From assembly GCA_026025075.1 (NCBI GenBank), contig JAPEUI010000030.1, positions 62,001 through 126,000 of the forward strand: a stretch of 64,000 nucleotides of DNA, written 5' to 3'. The stretch's first letter is position 1, and each line of letters opens with the position of its first letter. Origin of the DNA: Vezdaea acicularis (lineage: Eukaryota). The notes under the pieces were generated by a model. The model saw only the letters and a list, made by a program, of their open reading frames with translations. It made no database searches and was not told the origin of the DNA. Shown here piece by piece: positions 52,116 through 64,000 of this stretch. The position numbers were made by a program, and so were the translations under genes.

Positions 52116-52330
52116 TGTCGGTACTTAGAGAGCTCTGCTGGGGACCCGTTTGTGCGTAAGTTGTTAGTGCGAGCTGGAGATGTCTATCTGTCAATATGAG
52201 AGCTTCCATTTATACGGCCAGCGGCCAAACGGTACGATGTTGGACGTGGCACCAATGAAGGATTTCAAGCATGGTTCACCCACTACCTTCACTGAACAGG
52301 TGTTGCCAAACCTCTAGTAAACTTGTTCTG

Positions 52331-52852
52331 TTATAGTTTTCCACTTTCTTGTGATCTATCGGCCCACCTCAAGCCATCATCCCCATCTGCCAGCACGCAC
52401 CATCCCTCGCCGCCATTACCTCCTTCTCCTGCTACTCCTGCGACAAACTCCTTTATTAGCTTCATTCCCTCGTCGTCGAAGCTGCCAGGCTGGCACCAAA
52501 CAGCTTTGATACCACACTTCTTTGCTTCTTGTAGCACCTTCAACGTCACCGCTGGCGGCGTGATGATGCTCACGGCCGTCTGTTCCGGTGAAGGAAGATC
52601 AGATATTGATGGTAGAGTAGCAAATGACTTCTTGTATCTAGGCACGTTCACCTCCGTGGCGCGAGGATTGATGGGTGTGACAGGCAACGAATGCGCAAGG
52701 TACCACGCAAAGACTGCCTACGTCAGCAACCAAAACCTGTGTTTGATCGCAAAGAACATGATACCTTTGTGGCCATACTTAGAGGTATCTGAGCTAGCAC
52801 CCACCACGGCAAACGCCGGAGTGCTGAAGAACTGTTTCACGGCAGCCTCCAT
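52331..52852 (-). CDS. CoA-binding domain protein (YccU-like Rossmann fold)
   Basis: MEAAVKQFFSTPAFAVVGASSDTSKYGHK|VFAWY..PVTPINP..SIITPP..VWCQPGS..CVL; ends GKL. Confidence 0.88.
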
Positions 52853-53042
52853 AATTGATGTGCAACAGATTGTTCGCAATGTTACGAGCAGAGTTCAAGG
52901 TGACGTTGGGGATCGTCGAAATGTATGCCTCGGCAAAAGTGGCGGTCGGCACATCGGCGTTCTAGCTGCCGCGTTGGACGTCTTGAGAAATGAAAGACCT
53001 GAGCACCAACAACTTCTGTCAAATGATATGCCCTCCGTCGTA

Positions 53043-53983
53043 ATGGCGTCTTTTGCGTGCGATCCCTTGGATATCCTTAAGTTTAGCATAGCACGTGCTC
53101 ATTTACTCTTAGTAAACCGACATTCTCCTTTACAAATTATGCGGCGCACCGGGTGGTATATCCCTTAGCTCTTTACGACACTGTCTTAGGTTACCATCAA
53201 GGCCTGCGGGCTGTTCTGGTGGATCTTGGAACTGGCCATGGAGTCATCCCTCGAACAATTAGCTGTCACTTCGAGAAGACAATTGGAGTGGACCCTTCTG
53301 CAGGGATGTTAGAGCAAGCAAGGTCACTCACTCCAACTTCACGTTGGCCATCAGTGTCGTACCAGCACGCTAACGCGGAGGACCTCCCTTTCCTTGAAGA
53401 TGGCTCTGCCGATGTGGTTGTAGCTGGTCAGGCGGCGCATTGGTTCGACCAAGCAAAGTTATGGCCAGAGATGAGTCGCATATTGCGAAAGGGAGGGACA
53501 CTGGCGTTCTGGGGTTACAAAGACTGCGTGTTTCCAGACTGGCCGAAAGCGAGTGCCATATTAACAGATGCTACCTATGGAGAAGGTAGCGGAAAGTTGG
53601 GCGACTATTGGTCGCAGCCAGGACGAAGTATTGTTCAAGATAAGCTTAGGCCGCTCGTACCACCTGATGAGATGTTCGAAGATGTGCAACGGATAGAATA
53701 TGAACCTGGCTTCAACGGGGTGAAGAGTGGGGATGGGATGCTTTTCATTAATAAAAGAATGAAAGTGGTTGACATTGAAGCGTATGTAAGGTCGTTCAGT
53801 GCCTATCATGGGTGGAAAGAAGCCCACAAAGAGATAGCAAGTAAAGAGGAGGGTGGCAGTGGTGACATTGTAGATGAAGTGTTTGAAGAGATGAAGAAAG
53901 TTGAGAATTGGGGCAATAATTGGAAAGATATGGAAATCGAAGTAGAGTGGGGCAGTGGGCTGCTAATGGCGCGAAGGAGGTGA
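53043..53983 (+). CDS. SAM-dependent methyltransferase, Tmt1/Crg1 (trans-aconitate methyltransferase)-like
   Basis: MASFA|KPTFS..YAAHRVVYP, VDLGTGHG, GVDPSAGML, AGQAAHWFD, GGTLAFWGY. Confidence 0.88.
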
Positions 53984-54213
53984 ACTTACACCTTCACTGC
54001 GGATTCTCAAACCGCTCTTGTGAGCGTATTTCCAATTTCTTGTGATATACAAATACTAATTCCCTACGCCATGATGCCAAATAAACCCAACCTGCTGATC
54101 ATAGGGGCCGTCCCATCTGTCACTTGCCACAATTACTTGAAGCTTCCACTTTATTGAACCTGCGCAGCCCATCTGACTTTAAACTCAACGCCAATGGTAA
54201 GGCGTAAGTCATC

Positions 54214-55067
54214 TTAATTGGCTAGAATAGTTCGAACAAGATCTAAGTTGTTGATTAGATCAAAGACAATGAATGTGATGTAATGAGTCAGATCTACCGG
54301 TGTAATTGATCTCACCACTGCTGGTGTCTACCGCTTTGAGCAGTTCATCCACCTCGTCCTCGCTCATTTTCTCACCAAGGTTGGTGAGGACTAGACGAAA
54401 TGGTTAGTTGAAGGCAACAGAGATATGCGATATGACCGTCACATACTGTACTTCAACTGTCCAACCCCAATGAAACCTGTCATATCTTTATCGAATACCT
54501 GGAAGCCACGGCAGTACTCTTCTGGTTCCCCAGGATCACGGAAGCCGCCTGGGCGATTTAAGACCTTTTGGAATGTTTCGAAGTCGACTATCCAAAATCG
54601 TTGTCAGCCAAGCCCTTACGAATTATCTGATGGGTTGGTTGAGGCTACGCACAGTCTCCACCGACGTTCTTCTCTTGCTCCCTTACTTCAGCCATTGTTG
54701 GGTTCTGGCCACATGCGCGTAGCAAGTCTCCTAACGACTGCAGAGCAACACGCCCGTTCCCCCGCTTGTCGAAAAGAGCAAAGGCTTCTTTGTAGTTGGT
54801 GGACGCCTGCACAGATTGAACAGAGTTAGATCTCCAGATAGAAAGAGTATTCTGAGTCGACATGACGATCCGTTGTTGGTAGAATTTGGGAGGGAAGACT
54901 GCAGCTCGTGTGTATGGGCTAAGAATTCAAATTTGTGGATGTTTTGATGTTGTCGTAGTTACAGGTAAATGATGTTTTGGCTTGGTGAAGTGTTGGGATG
55001 TCCGACTCCAGCAAGGCGCAAACACGGATAGCATCACACAACGGAATGAAAGTTGGACACTTACCAT
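54214..55067 (-). CDS. MLC1: Myosin light chain (Cdc4/Mlc1, EF-hand)
   Basis: ASTNYKEAFALFDKRG, LLRACGQNPT, GFQVFDKDMTG, LTNLGEKMSEDEVDELL; start placed at an ATG|gtaagt exon at 55067 (5' structure uncertain). Confidence 0.9.
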
Positions 55068-55518
55068 TTTTGGGGCGAAGACTCGTCGAGACTCCGGGGT
55101 AATCTTCAAGTGGCTCCAAGTATATATTTTGTCTGCAACGGCTATGCTTCTCGGTATTAGGGCGGAAAATAGGGAGTTATGAAGAAATTACGAGGGGTTG
55201 TTTCGCTCCGGCACCGTAGTAAACAATGCCAAGCCTACCGTAGGCAATCGCTTAAGCTACCTCTTTGGCTCTAGCTTTGGTCAGATCTACCAATCATGAG
55301 AGGCTCCATTAAATCCTAGTCGAAGGTAGTTTCGTGCACACAATGATCTTGTTCATAAACCCACGTATACCAAGCTGCACAATAGAGACACGACCGCCAT
55401 CCACTAATGCCCATACGGAATTGATAGGCCAGACTCCGGCGCCCTATGTCACAGAGCAAATAACGCCGAGCAACAACCCATTTAGGCCTACTCCGGTGAC
55501 CACAATACTGTGCTCAAG

Positions 55519-58500
55519 ATGCGGTTAGACGTCAAGGTAGAGCCCCCCGGCGCCCTCCACATTTGCTCCGAAATCAGTGCTTCCGGAGATTCCTTCAATG
55601 CTTAGCGATTGAGAATACCGCTTCATTCACATCGTATTGTCAATGCTTCCATGTCGAGAACATTGCTCAAAGAATGAGAAGCTAATCCGTCTACCACCTA
55701 TAGAGACAACTTCTTGCTCGGTCAGAAAGAGTTAAGGGCATTGATTTCCATCCTTTAGAGCCATGGGTAAGTGCTACAATCCACAATCGTACAGGTGTGA
55801 CTGACCAACTTTGAACCAGATTTTGACGACACTCTACAACGGTAGGAGCCTACACTGAAGCGCTCTTTATCCTCTATATACTAATCTTTTCCCGTGTAGG
55901 CCACGCCAACATCTGGTCATACGAAACTCAGGTTAGGAACAGAAGTTTCCTCAGCACTCCAACATATTGACTGAAGCGCAGAGTATTATAAAAACTTTTG
56001 AGCTTACAGATGTCCCTGTTCGAGCTGGTCGATTTATTGCCCGAAAGAACTGGATCGTATGCGGATCCGATGACTTCCAGCTCCGGGTCTACAATTACAA
56101 TACCTCTGAGAAGATAACATCGTTCGAAGCCCACCCAGACTACATTCGAGCAATAGTGGTCCATCCAACGCAGCCTTTTGTACTCACAGCCTCTGATGAC
56201 ATGACCATCAAGCTGTGGAATTGGGAAAGAGACTGGAAATGTGTACAGGTGTTTGAGGGTCATTCCCATTATGTTATGGGTTTAGCCATCAACCCGAAAG
56301 ACACAAATACTTTTGCCTCTGCATGCCTGGATCGGACGGTTAAAATATGGAGCCTAGGAGCTGGCACTCCCAATTTCACCCTTGAAGCTCATGAGACTAA
56401 GGGTGTGAATCACGTCGATTATTACCCGCAATCAGACAAACCATATCTTCTCACCACCTCTGATGACCGTACCGTTAAAATTTGGGATTATACCACTAAG
56501 TCGTTAATTGCAACCCTAGAAGGCCATACAAGTAACGTCTCTTTTGCATGCTACCATCCAGAATTACCTGTCATAATTTCCGGCTCAGAAGATGGTACTA
56601 TAAAGATATGGCATGCCAACACATACAGACTAGAGCAGTCTCTGTCATATGGGCTTGAACGAGCATGGTGCGTCAGCTATCAAAGAGGGAAGCAGGGTGT
56701 GGCTATGGGATTTGACGATGGCGCTGTTGTCGTCAAAATGGGCAGAGAGGAGCCGGCAATGTCAATGGATAATTCGGGAAAATTAGTATGGGCGAAGCAT
56801 AGTGAAGTACTTTCGGCCGTGATCAAAGGAGGAGGTAGGTCAAACTCAGTGGACCCTCTACGGTTCGAGACTGATCTGCTCCAGATCTTAACCTGAAGGA
56901 TGGTGATCCACTTTCTCTCCCGAGCAAAGAGATGGGCTCCTGCGAAATATATCCCCAATCGTTAGTACATTCGCCAAATGGGCGCTTTGTGTCTGTATGT
57001 GGAGATGGCGAGTACATAATCTACACCGCCCTTGCATGGCGCAATAAGGGGTTTGGATCCGCCCAGGACTTTGTATGGGGTTCAAAAGACAACAGCAACG
57101 ACTATGCAATCCGTGAGTCTGCTACGAGCGTTAGGATATTCCGGAACTTCAAAGAAAAGGGGGGTGGTCTAGATGTAGGATATCAATCGGACGGCCTGAG
57201 CGGAGGTGTACTCTTAGGAGTCAAAGGCGGTGCTGGCATCGGCTTCTTTGACTGGGAGACAGGTGGGCTTGTCCGACGCATTGAAGTAGATCCGAGGAGT
57301 GTACGTGAAGCTAAGAATTGTGTCGATCGAGTCTTTTTGAACAATCTTCTGACGATATCAATAGGTTTATTGGTCTGAAAGCGGCGAGCTTGTCACTCTT
57401 GCCTGTGAAGACACTTTCTACGTCCTTAGATTCTCCAGAGAAAATTATACGGCCGCCGTGCAAGCTGGGCAAGTCGACGAAGATGGTGTTGAAGCAGCAT
57501 TCGACATCATCACTGATGTCAATGAAAGGTATGCATAAGCTGATATATGAGTTGGTTAGGGCATAAGCTTACACATATCTGTAATAAAGCGTTCGAACTG
57601 GCGAGTGGGTTGGGGATTGCTTCATCTACACGAACTCAACGAACAGGCTCAACTACCTTGTTGGAGATCAGACATATACGATTGCTCACTTTGACCAGTC
57701 AATGTACCTTCTCGGTTACCTAGCCCGAGATGGTCGCATCTATCTTGCAGACAAGGATGTCAACGTAATATCTTACGCGTTGTCAGTTGCTGTGATCGAG
57801 TATCAGACACTTATTTTGCGAGGGGACTTAGACGCGGCCGCCGAATCACTAGAAACAATTCCAGAAGACCAAAAGAACAAGATTGCTCGTTTCCTCGAAG
57901 GCCAGGGCTACAAAGAGATGGCTCTTGAAGTGGCGACCGACCCCGAACATCGCTTTGACCTTGCTCTTGCCCTAAACAACCTTGACATAGCTCTTAGCAT
58001 CGCGAGGGAGACAGATGTTGAGCATAAGTGGAAGACTGTTGGCGACGCAGCTTTGAAAGCTTGGAACATCGCATTAGCCGAGGAATGCTTTGTAAATGCG
58101 AAGGATCTAGGTTCTCTACTCCTGATATATTCTGCTGCCTCTAACAGCACTGGTTTACGACAGCTCTCAGAAAAGGCCAATGTTGCCGGGGTTAATAACG
58201 TAGCATTCTCATGTCTGTGGCAGCTAGCGGACATAGATGGCTGCATCGATCTTCTTCTTAAGACCAATCGCACTGCTGAAGCCGTCTTTTTCGCGCAGAC
58301 ATATAAGCCGAGCCGCTGCCCAGAGGTCGCAACGAAGTGGAAGGCATCTTTAGAAGCAGATAAGAAGGGCAAGGTGGCAAAGATCATCGGAATACCTCCT
58401 GGTGCGGAAGGCGCTGATGATGATCTGTTCCCTGAGTGGGACGAATACTTGCAATTGGAAAAGGATAGCCCTGCGCAGAAGCCATCCAAAACACTTATCG

Positions 58501-58556
58501 ATATTACCGGCGGAGAAGATCATGCAACCAACGGGGAGGTAGATGGTGTTGAATGA
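55519..58556 (+). CDS. SEC27: Coatomer beta' subunit (multi-exon)
   Basis: MRLDVK|RQLLARSERVKGIDFHP, WD40 repeats (FEAHPDYIR, FEGHSHYVM), KIARFLEGQGYKE. Confidence 0.97.
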
Positions 58557-58854
58557 GAGAAGAGCGGTGGAGCTCAACGTGCATATGACTTTGGGGCGTT
58601 CGATCGGATTTTTTTGCTATGGGAGTCTCATCCAGCGATCGCTGATTTTCGGCCTCTACACTTAGCTGCATGGATGCTAGGGTTTGCATGGCGGTCCAGA
58701 TATAATCTCTCAAAGTGTGAAATACAAAAACTGCCAAGACCATACAACTTAATCGTGTGGTGACCTGATCTGTAAGCCGAGCTCGAAAACAATTGCCCCT
58801 CGATTCTTGGTACCCCTCCATCACCAGCCCGCAAAAGACACCTTTCCACCCATT

Positions 58855-60415
58855 ATGGTTACAATTACAAGCGCCGCGTCAAAGGACGTGCGCTTTCCAG
58901 TAATTTCCATCCCAGATACCGTTCTCACTGAGCTAATTACCCAGGCAGACATCCCTAGACCGCACGGGCTCCGACGCCATGAATCCGGCCTGCGACTACT
59001 CCGCTGCATACTGCATTCTCACAACTGAATTTGAGCACTCAGGGCACGGCATGGTGGGGCTCTCCAATTCCCATCCTCCGCCCAACCCGCGCTCACTTCC
59101 TTCCCCTTAATAGACCTTTACGATCGGCCGCGGTAACGATATCGTCTGCGCCGCCATCGACTACCTCGCCGCACGTGTCGTGCATAAGAAGCTTGAAGAC
59201 CTTGTCGCGGACTGGGGCAAGACGTGGCGATACCTCGTCTCTGATTCGCAGCTGCGCTGGATCGGGCCGGAGAAGGGTGTCATTCACCTTGCGCTTGGGG
59301 CGGTCGTGAATGCGATTTGGGACCTTTGGGCGAAGACGTTGGGGAAGCCGGTGTGGCGGGTTGTGGTGGACATGACGCCGGAGGAACTCGTTAGATGTAT
59401 TGATTTTAGATATATCACGGATGCTATGACGCCGGAGGAGGCGCTGGGCATGCTGAAGAGTGTAGAGGAAGGGAAAGGGGATAGAGTCAAGGATGCGGAA
59501 AGGAGTAGGGCTGTTCCGGCATATACTACTAGTGCGGGATGGATTGGGTATAGCGGCGAGAGGATGGCAGCAGAGTTACGCAAGACTGTAGCGGAGGGAT
59601 ATAACCACTTCAAATTCAAGGTGGGCGTGAACCTCGAACAGGATATACAGAGGCTCGCTGCCGTAAGGGACGTCATTGGGTATGATCAGGGCAAGGTACT
59701 TATGGTAGATGCGAACCAGGTATGCGACCTTACTAGCTCTCAAAACGCAAATGGTCTAATGAGAGGAAAGGTCTGGTCTGTGCCGGAGGCTATCGAGTAC
59801 ATGAAGCAATTGGCTCGGTTCAAGCCTTGGTTCATTGAAGAGCCAACTAGTCCGGATGATATACTGGGCCACAAGGCAATTCGTGAGGCCCTGAAGCCAT
59901 TAGGCATTGGCGTAGCCACAGGGGAAATGTGCCAGAACCGAGTGATATTCAAGCAGCTTCTCATGTCTGGCGCCATTGATGTCTGTCAAATTGACGCTTG
60001 CCGGATGGGCGGCGTTAACGAAGTCCTTGCGGTTATGCTCATGGCGAAAAAGTGGGTCGTCACTGCCACAACTTCTTTGAGACATCCTGATTGAACCATG
60101 TGCAGGTATGATGTCCCAATCGTACCCCATAGCGGCGGCGTTGGTTTGCCCGAGTACACCCAGCATCTTTCGACTATTGATTATGTTTGTATCAGTGGTA
60201 AGCTTTCCATACTGGAGTATGTTGATCATCTCCACGGGCATTTCAAGAACCCTACTGTAATAAAAGATGGCTACTTTCAAACACCCATGGAGCCTGGGTA
60301 TAGCGTCGAGATGAAGCCGGAGAGCATGGAGAGATATTTGTTTCCGGGCAAGGAGAGGGTGGGATGGTGGAAGAGCGAAGAAGCGAGAGAGATCCTGGAC
60401 GGCGAGAAAATATAG
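58855..60415 (+). CDS. lgd1: L-galactonate/L-fuconate dehydratase (enolase superfamily, ENOSF1-like)
   Basis: DVRFP|TSLDRTGSDAMN, QLRWIGPEKGVIHLA, PAYTTSAGW, KFKVG, MVDANQ, WFIEEPTSPDD, ATGE, LEYVDHLH. Confidence 0.92.
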
Positions 60416-60527
60416 ACCTTACTCGAAGAACCAACATGAAGTGTGTATGGCATCCCCAAAGACTACTTATTCAATATGCATCAAGCAGATGAATGAGGAA
60501 TTGCACTAAATTTTTTAACCTAAAGCC

Positions 60528-62976
60528 TTATCCTGCAAAGGCATTCCCAAGGTCATGCTCCTGTTGATTAACGTAAGTATTAGTTAAATATTATTTAGAC
60601 CGGTCACCTATATCACATTGAGGAGCATACCTTTATGTAGTCTGCGCCTTTTTCTGAATACTCCTCTCTAGTAACCCTTGCTGCCTTCCAATCCTCAGTC
60701 TTTCGTGCCCATCCTGCAGCACCACGCCACGCATCTAACAATGGATCCTTGGCCAGCCTCACGCCAAGAGGCGCATTGGCCGGAAGCACCGCAAGGAGCT
60801 CGCTCCTTAGTCTTTCTTCGAAGCCTCGGAAAAGGACATTCCCTCCTGTACAGAAGACATCCTTCAATATATTCTCCTTCTGCTCGGGCGCCTGTAATCG
60901 ATGCAGAAGTATGTCCGCTGCGATTTCCACTATTCCAGCTTGATCCACACCTGCAAGTGAGGGCTGAAAAACCACCTCTGGGACGCGAAGACGCTCAACG
61001 TTGAGATGTAGTTGGTGGTTTTCTCGGATATTCTCTGGGTCATATGGAGAGGTCCCACGAAGGAAAGCATGTACAATGGACTTTGTCCAGTCCGATTGCG
61101 CTGCAAGAGTATCCTTTTCCGTGAAGCTGGCGTCATATTGGAGTAGCTCCTGCTCTAAATTTGCCAGCACAGCCGCCGAATCTTCTTCGTCCTCTCCGTC
61201 CGAATCGGCTTCGGCAGCAATGGAACGGTACACCCCCCAGTCGTCATCATTTGCACCAAACGTATCCTCTCCGCCTCCACGTCGACGTTTCTTTCCTCCA
61301 GTCCCGGAATCTGCGGGGTTATCGGATGCAAGGTTGGCTATGCTCTTCATACGCATTTGCGACGCCATACTCTTCCGATTACTCAGATCCGCCTTGAGTC
61401 GCTCGCGATCTTTCATTCGTTGTCTAAGAGCAGCATAGTTTGCTCGCCTGTCCTCGATCCAGCCTTCAAGGTCATCCTCCCGCCGTTTAGCGTCCTTCTC
61501 TGCTTCCATAGCTTTACGGGATGCTTCGGCCTCCTTCTCGGCCTTCGCACGTTGACGAGAGTCAAAGCCGGCCTTCAGAAGCCGCTGGTGCCGTTTCTGC
61601 TTAAGGCCATTTTCGTCGAGCTCTTCGTCCGGAATGTCTAGGAGCGGATATGTTGGAATTTCTTTCTCTTCTTCACCCTCATTTTCCACAGCTCCAACAT
61701 CCTTCATCCGCGCCTTTCGGATCTTCGCGGAAAGTTCCTTGATAGTACGCTCTAGGTGTACCTCATCGCGGAGCTCGTTATTATCAAGAATTCGCCGAAA
61801 CTCTTTCTTCGTTATGCTCTGAGCTTTTTCTTGAAGATCCTGGTAATATTCGAGCTCTTCTTCCTTTTTAATAAGCTTCTCGAGACGCTGCTTTGCGGCT
61901 TGCTCTTGGAGCCGCCGCCCAGATTCTTTCTTGCGCTCCGCAATCCTGGCCAGCTCCTCGGGGGTTTTCTCGAGAACTATTTGTTCGGTGAAAGGATACT
62001 GGATGACATGGTCTCGATCTTCCAGACCAGCCCAGTCGAGGAAATGCGACGTTTCCAATGGGTAGTCCTGTGAGAGATAGCAATGGTCACGGACCATCTC
62101 TGCAGCTTGAACAGATGTAAGTTTTCCGGGAAAGGTCGGGTATTTCACCTGCAAGAGTTTAAGGAGGTACTCCGTGCCCTGATATCCCCCCCAATTGAGG
62201 CGCGTAGCATGTGAAAGGATCGGTTTGGAGTTGAAGATGGGAATGAGTTCTGTTGATGTATGTGAGGAGGACAGCACCAGGCCAGATTTGCCGTTGTTGT
62301 GTCGGTAAGAAAAGAGCGAGTCCACGCCATACGCTATCGAAGGCGCAGAGTATCGCTCAAAAATGATTTCCGTCATTGCTATATAGGTAACAGTCAGTAC
62401 TCCCCCCTTGAATTGTCAGGGCTTGATCTCGAAAATCTTACCCTTTCGTGCAGACCCAAGGTTCGCCAATGCCTCCGTCATGACAATTGGCCGCCCGACT
62501 CCTCCATCTGATCCGTCTACGCCTAGCCTCCGGAAAATAAAACTCAGAACATTCTCCATCACATCCCAGTTCGCGACAAGGCCGCTACCCGCACCAAATG
62601 CATTTTTGAGTTGCTGTCGAGAATTGGCGTCTACATAGGCATCTGATCCGACAAATGTGCATTTCCTGCTCAATTTTCTATCCGTATACCTCGACATTAT
62701 TGGCGGTAGAGTCAATCGCGGATTGGTGTCGGTCGACCATCCGGCCTTTGTCGTTCCCGAGCCTGTAATGTTATTAAGGATTTCTTCGATGGGGAATGAG
62801 GAGAACCTACCATTGTCAATAACTATGGCAGTATCCGCGGTTGTGTTCCTGTAGCCGTTGGGAGGGGCTGGCTTCAGGCCCTCAAAAGCGGTCTCCTTGA
62901 CGGTATACAACCGTCTAGGAGGCTTTGGTGAGTTCTGTCTCGAGGGCTCAACAGAGCCATTCGCATGTGGGGCCAT
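60528..62976 (-). CDS. ARP5: Actin-related protein Arp5 (INO80 complex)
   Basis: AIVIDNG, YGVDSLFSY, RKKESGRRLQEQA, DTFGANDDDWGVY, LNVERLRVPEVVFQPS, EHDLGN. Confidence 0.96.
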
Positions 62977-63890
62977 GGGAGGAGCTTATAGTGGCATAAT
63001 ACGAATAAGAACCCCTATGAGTTCCTAGGGTCGCAAGGTTCGGAGAGGCCCTTGGCGAGGCCCTCGGACGGTGGTATTCGCCTGCCTTGCATTTCGGCGA
63101 TTGTCAGGAATCGCGAGTTGAGTTTCTCGCGACCTTTATTCACGCAAGTCCGGCCCGATAGATGTTCCGGCGCATTTCAAGTGTATGGTGGGGCAGACGC
63201 GACATCCTACCTCCACGCGTTTTGTAGTCTTGTAGGTACAGGAAGACAGGTCTGAGTTGTTTCGGACATGGTAAGTAACGGCCGATGATTTTCTCTAACG
63301 GGTACGCATATATATTTACAACGTGTAGGAAAGCCCGCACGAACATCAGCAGAATCTGCTTCTATCGCGAATCATCACCAATGTCGTGAGTTGGTCAACC
63401 GCAGTTGATCCAAGCCGGACTTCGTACTCATCTGCCCCTTCCTCAACCAGGAAAAGCTCAATGAAGCTGTGATGGTACTCAATAAGAATCTTCAGGTAAA
63501 TTTCAGAATGCTATGAAGCCATCTCTTCAGCACCGTATTCTTTACTTACATCTAGCCCTAGGAAATCAATATCCAGAACATGAACGTCGAGCTAGTAGCT
63601 CAAATGTTCAAAAACTATCAGTCAAATGTTCTATTCCACTTAGAAGGTAATCATCCCGACTCCCGATCGGAAGGACTGTGATGTAGATGACTCCTTTATA
63701 GCCACGGATAGTCTGAAAGATCCATCCTAAGGTCTGTGCACATCCTCACTCGCAGCTATTGATGTTCGAAAAAGCTTGACTTGTTTTGTTGAGCGCGGAA
63801 TTGTGGCTGCGATTGTGGATAGTCAAGACGCGTATAAAATCTGAAAATAGTAGCTCTGCAATCTTCCAGTGCAGTGAACGAATTGAAGTT

Positions 63891-63916
63891 TAGCCCAATA
63901 GCCCAATAGCCCAATA
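63891..63916. repeat. Short tandem repeat (TAGCCCAA)x3
   Basis: Read directly from sequence. Confidence 0.8.
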
Positions 63917-64000
63917 TCTACTCCCTTGGATGGGGGTGTTCGGAGATTTACACAGCCTGGTGGATGGTCGTGGCTACATGGCCTATTCAGGAACTACATT

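Noticed and set aside
52323..53168. 281-aa plus-strand ORF
   Set aside because: Overlaps the CoA-binding gene in antisense, its promoter and the first intron of the methyltransferase; non-ATG start; no motif
63050..64000. Short ORFs upstream of ARP5
   Set aside because: No recognisable coding signal; treated as intergenic

Overview
Gene-dense, intron-rich genomic DNA from a filamentous ascomycete (Pezizomycotina-type introns: GT..CTAAC/CTGAC..YAG, mostly 50-80 nt). About 30 protein-coding genes, mostly housekeeping: a C365.16-like membrane protein (partial), eIF3c, PAF1, GDI1, NUP170, proteasome alpha-5, GCP2/SPC97, a LaeA/UmtA-like methyltransferase, KRR1, FOX2, a TDA10-like kinase, HAC1/HacA, an RBR E3 ligase, PFK, DID2, zuotin, MZM1, HVA22/REEP, MGM101, a CoA-binding protein, a TMT1/CRG1-like methyltransferase, myosin light chain, SEC27, L-galactonate dehydratase and ARP5. 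I found no tRNA, rRNA, transposon, CRISPR or secondary-metabolite cluster. Points worth a second look: (1) two over-long, strongly self-complementary introns in the methyltransferase gene, one with competing folds over its 5' splice site; (2) the Ire1-spliced 20-nt HAC1 intron, with a long dual-coding region, a uORF and downstream tandem repeats; (3) a tandem pair of intronless orphan paralogs sharing a MCQLC..WP..VH motif; (4) a triplicated intron-end/exon unit at 37.9-38.3 kb; (5) alternating C-rich/G-rich blocks that ignore gene strand; (6) two obligatory GC-AG introns. Gene identities come from recognising protein motifs by eye, not from database searches. Exon boundaries were assigned by hand.
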